Shown piece by piece: positions 11,778 through 23,700 of a stretch of 64,000 nt of DNA. Source of the stretch: Auanema rhodensis (taxonomy: Eukaryota; Animalia; Nematoda); assembly GCA_964057225.1 (NCBI GenBank), contig OZ059898.1, forward strand, positions 4,216,001 to 4,280,000, written 5' to 3'. A program made the translations under genes and the position numbers. The notes under the pieces were generated by a model, which saw only the letters and a list, made by a program, of their open reading frames with translations, was not told the origin of the DNA and ran no database searches. Position 1 is the stretch's first letter; the number at the start of each line of letters is the position of its first letter.

Positions 11778-14700
11778 AGAAATACTCTGAGGTTGGGTAT
11801 TCTGTGACTTTTCAAATTTCAGGAAAAAAGGTTTATATAGACCCCATCCACAAGATTTGTTCACAAAAAAGTTCAGGCTGTAGGCACGTTGTGTCCGGTG
11901 ATTGTTCGATTTTGTCAAAGATTATTAACTATAATCAAATAAAAATATTCTGAGGTTGGGTATTCAGATGTGTAGATTCTGAATTTCTTGGTGAGATTTG
12001 GCAGTGACTTTTCAAATATCAGGAAAAAAGGTTTATATAGACCCCATCCACAAGATTTGTTCACAAAAAAGTTTAGGCTTTAGGCACGTTGTGTCCGGTG
12101 ATTGTTCGATTTTGTCAAAGATTATTAACTATAATCAAATAAAAATATTCTGAGGTTGGGTATTCAGATGTGTAGATTCTGAATTTCTTGGTGAGATTTG
12201 GCAGTGACTTTTCAAATATCAGGAAAAAAGGTTTATATAGACCCCATCCACAAGATTTGTTCACAAAAAAGTTCAGGCTGTAGGCACGTTGTGTCCGGTG
12301 ATTGTTCGATTTTGTCAAAGATTATTAACTATAATCAAATAAAAATATTCTGAGGTTGGGTATTCAGATGTGTAGATTCTGAATTTCTTGGTGAGATTTG
12401 GCAGTGACTTTTCAAATATCAGGAAAAAAGGTTTATATAGACCCCATCCACAAGATTTGTTCACAAAAAAGTTCAGGCTGTAGGCACGTTGTGTCCGGTG
12501 ATTGTTCGATTTTGTCAAAGATTATTAACTATAATCAAATAAAAATATTCTGAGGTTGGGTATTCAGATGTGTAGATTCTGAATTTCTTGGTGAGATTTG
12601 GCAGTGACTTTTCAAATTTCAGGAAAAAAGGTTTATATAGACCCCATCCACAAGATTTGTTCACAAAAAAGTTCAGGCTGTAGGCACGTTGTGTCCGGTG
12701 ATTGTTCGATTTTGTCAAAGATTATTAACTATAATCAGATAAAAATGTTCACAAGTTGGGTATTCAGATGTGTAGATTCTGAATTTCTTGGTGAGATTTG
12801 GCAGTGACTTTTCAAATTTCAGGAAAAAAGGTTTATATAGACCCCATCCACAAGATTTGTTCACAAAAAAGTTCAGGCTGTAGGCACGTTGTGTCCGGTG
12901 ATTGTTCGATTTTGTCAAAGATTATTAACTATAATCAAATAAAAATACTCTGAGGTTGGGTATTCAGATGTGTAGATTCTGAATTTCTTGGTGAGATTTG
13001 GCAGTGACTTTTCAAATTTCAGGAAAAAAGGTTTATATAGACCCCATCCACAAGATTTGTTCACAAAAAAGTTCAGGCTGTAGGCACGTTGTGTCCGGTG
13101 ATTGTTCGATTTTGTCAAAGATTATTAACTATAATCAAATAAAAATATTCTGAGGTTGGGTATTCAGATGTGTAGATTCTGAAATTCATGGTGAGATTTG
13201 GCTGAGACTTTTCAAATTTCCGGAAAAAAGGTTTATATAGACCCCATCCACAAGATTTGTTCACAAAAAAGTTCAGGCTGTAGGCACTTTGTGTCCGGTG
13301 ATTGTTCGATTTTGTCAAAGATTATTAACTATAATCAAATAAAAATATTCTGAGGTTGGGTATTCAGATGTGTAGATTCTGAAATTCATGGTGAGATTTG
13401 GCTGAGACTTTTCAAATTTCCGGAAAAAAGGTTTATATAGACCCCATCCACAAGATTTGTTCACAAAAAAGTTCAGGCTGTAGGCACGTTGTGTCCGGTG
13501 ATTGTTCGATTTTGTCAAAGATTATTAACTATAATCAAATAAAAATATTCTGAGGTTGGGTATTCAGATGTGTAGATTCTGAAATTCATGGTGAGATTTG
13601 GCTGAGACTTTTCAAATATCAGGAAAAAAGGTTTATATAGACCCCATCCACAAGATTTGTTCACAAAAAAGTTCAGGCTGTAGGCACGTTGTGTCCGGTG
13701 ATTGTTCGATTTTGTCAAAGATTATTAACTATAATCAAATAAAAATATTCTGAGGTTGGGTATTCAGATGTGTAGATTCTGAAATTCATGGTGAGATTTG
13801 GCTGAGACTTTTCAAATTTCCGGAAAAAAGGTTTATATAGACCCCATCCACAAGATTTGTTCACAAAAAAGTTCAGGCTGTAGGCACGTTGTGTCCGGTG
13901 ATTGTTCGATTTTGTCAAAGATTATTAACTATAATCAAATAAAAATATTCTGAGGTTGGGTATTCAGATGTGTAGATTCTGAAATTCATGGTGAGATTTG
14001 GCTGAGACTTTTCAAATTTCCGGAAAAAAGGTTTATATAGACCCCATCCACAAGATTTGTTCACAAAAAAGTTCAGGCTGTAGGCACGTTGTGTCCGGTG
14101 ATTGTTCGATTTTGTCAAAGATTATTAACTATAATCAAATAAAAATATTCTGAGGTTGGGTATTCAGATGTGTAGATTCTGAAATTCATGGTGAGATTTG
14201 GCTGAGACTTTTCAAATATCAGGAAAAAAGGTTTATATAGACCCCATCCACAAGATTTGTTCACAAAAAAGTTCAGGCTGTAGGCACGTTGTGTCCGGTG
14301 ATTGTTCGATTTTGTCAAAGATTATTAACTATAATCAAATAAAAATATTCTGAGGTTGGGTATTCAGATGTGTAGATTCTGAAATTCATGGTGAGATTTG
14401 GCTGAGACTTTTCAAATATCAGGAAAAAAGGTTTATATAGACCCCATCCACAAGATTTGTTCACAAAAAAGTTCAGGCTGTAGGCACGTTGTGTCCGGTG
14501 ATTGTTCGATTTTGTCAAAGATTATTAACTATAATCAAATAAAAATATTCTGAGGTTGGGTATTCAGATGTGTAGATTCTGAAATTCATGGTGAGATTTG
14601 GCTGAGACTTTTCAAATATCAGGAAAAAAGGTTTATATAGACCCCATCCACAAGATTTGTTCACAAAAAAGTTCAGGCTGTAGGCACGTTGTGTCCGGTG

Positions 14701-17700
14701 ATTGTTCGATTTTGTCAAAGATTATTAACTATAATCAAATAAAAATATTCTGAGGTTGGGTATTCAGATGTGTAGATTCTGAAATTCATGGTGAGATTTG
14801 GCTGAGACTTTTCAAATATCAGGAAAAAAGGTTTATATAGACCCCATCCACAAGATTTGTTCACAAAAAAGTTCAGGCTGTAGGCACGTTGTGTCCGGTG
14901 ATTGTTCGATTTTGTCAAAGATTATTAACTATAATCAAATAAAAATATTCTGAGGTTGGGTATTCAGATGTGTAGATTCTGAAATTCATGGTGAGATTTG
15001 GCTGAGACTTTTCAAATTTCCGGAAAAAAGGTTTATATAGACCCCATCCACAAGATTTGTTCACAAAAAAGTTCAGGCTGTAGGCACGTTGTGTCCGGTG
15101 ATTGTTCGATTTTGTCAAAGATTATTAACTATAATCAAATAAAAATATTCTGAGGTTGGGTATTCAGATGTGTAGATTCTGAAATTCATGGTGAGATTTG
15201 GCTGAGACTTTTCAAATATCAGGAAAAAAGGTTTATATAGACCCCATCCACAAGATTTGTTCACAAAAAAGTTCAGGCTGTAGGCACGTTGTGTCCGGTG
15301 ATTGTTCGATTTTGTCAAAGATTATTAACTATAATCAAATAAAAATATTCTGAGGTTGGGTATTCAGATGTGTAGATTCTGAAATTCATGGTGAGATTTG
15401 GCTGAGACTTTTCAAATATCAGGAAAAAAGGTTTATATAGACCCCATCCACAAGATTTGTTCACAAAAAAGTTCAGGCTGTAGGCACGTTGTGTCCGGTG
15501 ATTGTTCGATTTTGTCAAAGATTATTAACTATAATCAAATAAAAATATTCTGAGGTTGGGTATTCAGATGTGTAGATTCTGAAATTCATGGTGAGATTTG
15601 GCTGAGACTTTTCAAATATCAGGAAAAAAGGTTTATATAGACCCCATCCACAAGATTTGTTCACAAAAAAGTTCAGGCTGTAGGCACGTTGTGTCCGGTG
15701 ATTGTTCGATTTTGTCAAAGATTATTAACTATAATCAAATAAAAATATTCTGAGGTTGGGTATTCAGATGTGTAGATTCTGAAATTCATGGTGAGATTTG
15801 GCTGAGACTTTTCAAATTTCCGGAAAAAAGGTTTATATAGACCCCATCCACAAGATTTGTTCACAAAAAAGTTCAGGCTGTAGGCACGTTGTGTCCGGTG
15901 ATTGTTCGATTTTGTCAAAGATTATTAACTATAATCAAATAAAAATATTCTGAGGTTGGGTATTCAGATGTGTAGATTCTGAAATTCATGGTGAGATTTG
16001 GCTGAGACTTTTCAAATATCAGGAAAAAAGGTTTATATAGACCCCATCCACAAGATTTGTTCACAAAAAAGTTCAGGCTGTAGGCACGTTGTGTCCGGTG
16101 ATTGTTCGATTTTGTCAAAGATTATTAACTATAATCAAATAAAAATATTCTGAGGTTGGGTATTCAGATGTGTAGATTCTGAATTTCTTGGTGAGATTTG
16201 GCAGTGACTTTTCAAATTTCAGGAAAAAAGGTTTATATAGACCCCATCCACAAGATTTGTTCACAAAAAAGTTTAGGCTTTAGGCACGTTGTGTCCGGTG
16301 ATTGTTCGATTTTGTCAAAGATTATTAACTATAATCAAAAAAAAATACTCTGAGGTTGGGTATTCAGATGTGTAGATTCTGAATTTCTTGGTGAGATTTG
16401 GCAGTGACTTTTCAAATTTCAGGAAAAAAGGTTTATATAGACCCCATCCACAAGATTTGTTCACAAAAAAGTTCAGGCTGTAGGCACGTTGTGTCCGGTG
16501 ATTGTTCGATTTTGTCAAAGATTATTAACTATAATCAAATAAAAATGTACACAAGTTGGGTATTCAGATGTGTAGATTCTGAATTTCTTGGTGAGATTTG
16601 GCTGTGACTTTTCAAATTTCAGGAAAAAAGGTTTATATAGACCCCATCCACAAGATTTGTTCACAAAAAAGTTCAGACTGTAGGCACGTTGTGTCCGGTG
16701 ATTGTTCGATTTTGTCAAAGATTATTAACTATAATCAAATAAAAATATCCTGAGGTTGGGTATCCAGATGGGTAGATTCTGAAATTCTTGGTGAGATTTG
16801 GCTGTGACTTTTCAAATTTCCGGAAAAAAGGTTTATATAGACCCCATCCACAAGATTTGTTCACAAAAAAGTTCAGGCTGTAGGCACGTTGTGTCCGGTG
16901 ATTGTTCGATTTTGTCAAAGATTATTGACTATAATCAAAAAAAAATATTCTGAGGTTGGGTATTCAGATGTGTAGATTCTGAATTTCTTGGTGAGATTTG
17001 GCAGTGACTTTTCAAATTTCAGGAAAAAAGGTTTATATAGACCCCATCCACAAGATTCGTTCACAAAAAAGTTCAGGCTGTAGGCACGTTGTGTCCGGTG
17101 ATTGTTCGATTTTGTCAAAGATTATTAACTATAATCAAATAAAAATGTTCACAAGTGGGGTATTCAGATGTGTAGATTCTGAATTTCTTAAAGAGATTTG
17201 GCTGTGACTTTTCAAATTTCCGGAAAAAAGGTTTATATAGACCCCATCCACAAGATTTGTTCACAAAAAAGTTCAGGCTGTAGGCACGTTGTGTCCGGTG
17301 ATTGTTCGATTTTGTCAAAGATTATTAACTATAATCAAATAAAAATGTACACAAGTTGGGTATTCAGATGTGTAGATTCTGAATTTCTTGGTGAGATTTG
17401 GCAGTGACTTTTCAAATTTCAGGAAAAAAGGTTTATATAGACCCCATCCACAAGATTCGTTCACAAAAAAGTTCAGGCTGTAGGCACGTTGTGTCCGGTG
17501 ATTGTTCGATTTTGTCAAAGATTATTAACTATAATCAAATAAAAATACTCTGAGGTTGGGTATTCAGATGTGTAGATTCTGAATTTCTTGGTGAGATTTG
17601 GCAGTGACTTTTCAAATTTCAGGAAAAAAGGTTTATATAGACCCCATCCACAAGATTTGTTCACAAAAAAGTTCAGGCTGTAGGCACGTTGTGTCCGGTG

Positions 17701-20700
17701 ATTGTTCGATTTTGTCAAAGATTATTAACTATAATCAAATAAAAATACTCTGAGGTTGGGTATTCAGATGTGTAGATTCTGAATTTCTTGGTGAGATTTG
17801 GCTGTGACTTTTCAAATTTCAGGAAAAAAGGTTTATATAGACCCCATCCACAAGATTTGTTCACAAAAAAGTTCAGGCTGTAGGCACGTTGTGTCCGGTG
17901 ATTGTTCGATTTTGTCAAAGATTATTAACTATAATCAAATAAAAATATCCTGAGGTTGGGTATCCAGATGTGTAGATTCTGAAATTCTTGGTGAGATTTG
18001 GCTGTGACTTTTCAAATTTCCGGAAAAAAGGTTTATATAGACCCCATCCACAAGATTTGTTCACAAAAAAGTTCAGGCTGTAGGCACGTTGTGTCCGGTG
18101 ATTGTTCGATTTTGTCAAAGATTATTGACTATAATCAAAAAAAAATATTCTGAGGTTGGGTATTCAGATGTGTAGATTCTGAATTTCTTGGTGAGATTTG
18201 GCAGTGACTTTTCAAATTTCAGGAAAAAAGGTTTATATAGACCCCATCCACAAGATTCGTTCACAAAAAAGTTCAGGCTGTAGGCACGTTGTGTCCGGTG
18301 ATTGTTCGATTTTGTCAAAGATTATTAACTATAATCAAATAAAAATACTCTGAGGTTGGGTATTCAGATGTGTAGATTCTGAATTTCTTGGTGAGATTTG
18401 GCTGTGACTTTTCAAATTTCAGGAAAAAAGGTTTATATAGACCCCATCCACAAGATTTGTTCACAAAAAAGTTCAGACTGTAGGCACGTTGTGTCCGGTG
18501 ATTGTTCGATTTTGTCAAAGATTATTAACTATAATCAAATAAAAATACTCTGAGGTTGGGTATTCAGATGTGTAGATTCTGAATTTCTTGGTGAGATTTG
18601 GCTGTGACTTTTCAAATTTCAGGAAAAAAGGTTTATATAGACCCCATCCACAAGATTTGTTCACAAAAAAGTTCAGACTGTAGGCACGTTGTGTCCGGTG
18701 ATTGTTCGATTTTGTCAAAGATTATTAACTATAATCAAATAAAAATATCCTGAGGTTGGGTATCCAGATGTGTAGATTCTGAAATTCTTGGTGAGATTTG
18801 GCTGTGACTTTTCAAATTTCCGGAAAAAAGGTTTATATAGACCCCATCCACAAGATTTGTTCACAAAAAAGTTCAGACTGTAGGCACGTTGTGTCCGGTG
18901 ATTGTTCGATTTTGTCAAAGATTATTGACTATAATCAAAAAAAAATATTCTGAGGTTGGGTATTCAGATGTGTAGATTCTGAATTTCTTGGTGAGATTTG
19001 GCTGTGACTTTTCAAATTTCCGGAAAAAAGGTTTATATAGACCCCATCCACAAGATTTGTTCACAAAAAAGTTCAGGCTGTAGGCACGTTGTGTCCGGTG
19101 ATTGTTCGATTTTGTCAAAGATTATTGACTATAATCAAAAAAAAATATTCTGAGGTTGGGTATTCAGATGTGTAGATTCTGAATTACTTGGTGAGATTTG
19201 GCTGTGACTTTTCAAATTTCCGGAAAAAAGGTTTATATAGACCCCATCCACAAGATTTGTTCACAAAAAAGTTCAGGCTGTAGGCACGTTGTGTCCGGTG
19301 ATTGTTCGATTTTGTCAAAGATTATTGACTATAATCAAAAAAAAATATTCTGAGGTTGGGTATTCAGATGTGTAGATTCTGAATTTCTTGGTGAGATTTG
19401 GCAGTGACTTTTCAAATTTCAGGAAAAAAGGTTTATATAGACCCCATCCACAAGATTTGTTCACAAAAAAGTTCAGGCTGTAGGCACGTTGTGTCCGGTG
19501 ATTGTTCGATTTTGTCAAAGATTATTAACTATAATCAGATAAAAATGTTCACAAGTTGGGTATTCAGATGTGTAGATTCTGAATTTCTTGGTGAGATTTG
19601 GCAGTGACTTTTCAAATTTCAGGAAAAAAGGTTTATATAGACCCCATCCACAAGATTTGTTCACAAAAAAGTTCAGGCTGTAGGCACGTTGTGTCCGGTG
19701 ATTGTTCGATTTTGTCAAAGATTATTAACTATAATCAAATAAAAATATTTTGAGGTTGGGTATTCAGATGTGTAGATTCTGAATTTCTTGGTGAGATTTG
19801 GCAGTGACTTTTCAAATTTCAGGAAAAAAGGTTTATATAGACCCCATCCACAAGATTTGTTCACAAAAAAGTTCAGGCTGTAGGCACGTTGTGTCCGGTG
19901 ATTGTTCGATTTTGTCAGAGATTATTAACTATAATCAAATAAAAATGTTCACAAGTTGGGTATTCAGATGTGTAGATTCTGAATTTCTTGGTGAGATTTG
20001 GCTGTGACTTTTCAAATATCAGGAAAAAAGGTTTATATAGACCCCATCCACAAGATTTGTTCACAAAAAAGTTCAGGCTTTAGGCACGTTGTGTCCGGTG
20101 ATTGTTCGATTTTGTCAAAGATTATTAACTATAATCAAATAAAAATATTCTGAGGTTGGGTATTCAGATGTGTAGATTCTGAAATTCATGGTGAGATTTG
20201 GCTGAGACTTTTCAAATTTCCGGAAAAAAGGTTTATATAGACCCCATCCACAAGATTTGTTCACAAAAAAGTTCAGGCTGTAGGCACGTTGTGTCCGGTG
20301 ATTGTTCGATTTTGTCAAAGATTATTAACTATAATCAAAAAAAAATACTCTGAGGTTGGGTATTCAGATGTGTAGATTCTGAATTTCTTGGTGAGATTTG
20401 GCAGTGACTTTTCAAATTTCAGGAAAAAAGGTTTATATAGACCCCATCCACAAGATTTGTTCACAAAAAAGTTCAGGCTGTAGGCACGTTGTGTCCGGTG
20501 ATTGTTCGATTTTGTCAGAGATTATTAACTATAATCAAATAAAAATGTTCACAAGTTGGGTATTCAGATGTGTAGATTCTGAATTTCTTGGTGAGATTTG
20601 GCTGTGACTTTTCAAATATCAGGAAAAAAGGTTTATATAGACCCCATCCACAAGATTTGTTCACAAAAAAGTTCAGGCTTTAGGCACGTTGTGTCCGGTG

Positions 20701-23700
20701 ATTGTTCGATTTTGTCAAAGATTATTAACTATAATCAAATAAAAATATTCTGAGGTTGGGTATTCAGATGTGTAGATTCTGAAATTCATGGTGAGATTTG
20801 GCTGAGACTTTTCAAATTTCCGGAAAAAAGGTTTATATAGACCCCATCCACAAGATTTGTTCACAAAAAAGTTCAGGCTGTAGGCACGTTGTGTCCGGTG
20901 ATTGTTCGATTTTGTCAAAGATTATCAACTATAATCAAAAAAAAATACTCTGAGGTTGGGTATTCAGATGTGTAGATTCTGAATTTCTTGGTGAGATTTG
21001 GCAGTGACTTTTCAAATTTCAGGAAAAAAGGTTTATATAGACCCCATCCACAAGATTTGTTCACAAAAAAGTTCAGGCTGTAGGCACGTTGTGTCCGGTG
21101 ATTGTTCGATTTTGTCAAAGATTATCAACTATAATCAAATAAAAATACTCTGAGGTTGGGTATTCAGATGTGTAGATTCTGAATTTCTTGGTGAGATTTG
21201 GCTGTGACTTTTCAAATTTCAGGAAAAAAGGTTTATATAGACCCCATCCACAAGATTTGTTCACAAAAAAGTTCAGGCTGTAGGCACGTTGTGTCCGGTG
21301 ATTGTTCGATTTTGTCAAAGATTATCAACTATAATCAAAAAAAAATACTCTGAGGTTGGGTATTCAGATGTGTAGATTCTGAATTTCTTGGTGAGATTTG
21401 GCTGTGACTTTTCAAATTTCAGGAAAAAAGGTTTATATAGACCCCATCCACAAGATTTGTTCACAAAAAAGTTCAGACTGTAGGCACGTTGTGTCCGGTG
21501 ATTGTTCGATTTTGTCAAAGATTATTAAGTATAATCAAATAAAAATATCCTGAGGTTGGGTATCCAGATGTGTAGATTCTGAAATTCTTGGTGAGATTTG
21601 GCTGTGACTTTTCAAATTTCCGGAAAAAAGGTTTATATAGACCCCATCCACAAGATTTGTTCACAAAAAAGTTCAGGCTGTAGGCACGTTGTGTCCGGTG
21701 ATTGTTCGATTTTGTCAAAGATTATTGACTATAATCAAAAAAAAATATTCTGAGGTTGGGTATTCAGATGTGTAGATTCTGAATTTCTTGGTGAGATTTG
21801 GCAGTGACTTTTCAAATTTCCGGAAAAAAGGTTTATATAGACCCCATCCACAAGATTCGTTCACAAAAAAGTTCAGGCTGTAGGCACGTTGTGTCCGGTG
21901 ATTGTTCGATTTTGTCAAAGATTATTAACTATAATCAAATAAAAATGTACACAAGTTGGGTATTCAGATGTGTAGATTCTGAATTTCTTGGTGAGATTTG
22001 GCAGTGACTTTTCAAATTTCAGGAAAAAAGGTTTATATAGACCCCATCCACAAGATTCGTTCACAAAAAAGTTCAGGCTGTAGGCACGTTGTGTCCGGTG
22101 ATTGTTCGATTTTGTCAAAGATTATTAACTATAATCAAATAAAAATACTCTGAGGTTGGGTATTCAGATGTGTAGATTCTGAATTTCTTGGTGAGATTTG
22201 GCAGTGACTTTTCAAATTTCAGGAAAAAAGGTTTATATAGACCCCATCCACAAGATTTGTTCACAAAAAAGTTCAGGCTGTAGGCACGTTGTGTCCGGTG
22301 ATTGTTCGATTTTGTCAAAGATTATTAACTATAATCAAATAAAAATATTCTGCGGTTGAGTATTCAGATGTGTAGATTCTGAATTTCTTGGTGAGATTTG
22401 GCAGTGACTTTTCAAATTTCAGGAAAAAAGGTTTATATAGACCCCATCCACAAGATTTGTTCACAAAAAAGTTTAGGCTTTAGGCACGTTGTGTCTGGTG
22501 ATTGTTCGATTTTGCCAAAGATTATTAACTATAATCAAATAAAAATATTCTGCGGTTGGGTATTCAGATGTGTAGATTCTGAATTTCTTGGTGAGATTTG
22601 GCAGTGACTTTTCAAATTTCAGGAAAAAAGGTTTATATAGACCCCATCCACAAGATTTGTTCACAAAAAAGTTCAGGCTGTAGGCACGTTGTGTCCGGTG
22701 ATTGTTCGATTTTGTCAAAGATTATTAACTATAATCAAATAAAAATATTCTGCGGTTGGGTATTCAGATGTGTAGATTCTGAATTTCTTGGTGAGATTTG
22801 GCAGTGACTTTTCAAATTTCAGGAAAAAAGGTTTATATAGACCCCATCCACAAGATTTGTTCACAAAAAAGTTTAGGCTTTAGGCACGTTGTGTCTGGTG
22901 ATTGTTCGATTTTGCCAAAGATTATTAACTATAATCAAATAAAAATATTCTGCGGTTGGGTATTCAGATGTGTAGATTCTGAATTTCTTGGTGAGATTTG
23001 GCAGTGACTTTTCAAATTTCAGGAAAAAAGGTTTATATAGACCCCATCCACAAGATTTGTTCACAAAAAAGTTCAGGCTGTAGGCACGTTGTGTCCGGTG
23101 ATTGTTCGATTTTGTCAAAGATTATTAACTATAATCAAATAAAAATGTTCACAAGTTAGGTATTCAGATGTGTAGATTCTGAATTTCTTGGTGAGATTTG
23201 GCAGTGACTTTTCAAATTTCAGGAAAAAAGGTTTATATAGACCCCATCCACAAGATTTGTTCACAAAAAAGTTTAGGCTGTAGGCACGTTGTGTCCGGTG
23301 ATTGTTCGATTTTGTCAAAGATTATTAACTATAATCAAAAAAAAATACTCTGAGGTTGGGTATTCAGATGTGTAGATTCTGAATTTCTTGGTGAGATTTG
23401 GCAGTGACTTTTCAAATTTCAGGAAAAAAGGTTTATATAGACCCCATCCACAAGATTTGTTCACAAAAAAGTTTAGGCTTTAGGCACGTTGTGTCCGGTG
23501 ATTGTTCGATTTTGCCAAAGATTATTAACTATAATCAAATAAAAATATTCTGAGGTTGAGCATTCAGATGTGTAGATTCTGAATTTCTTGGTGAGATTTG
23601 GCAGTGACTTTTCAAATTTCAGGAAAAAAGGTTTATATAGACCCCATCCACAAGATTTGTTCACAAAAAAGTTCAGGCTTTAGGCACGTTGTGTCCGGTG

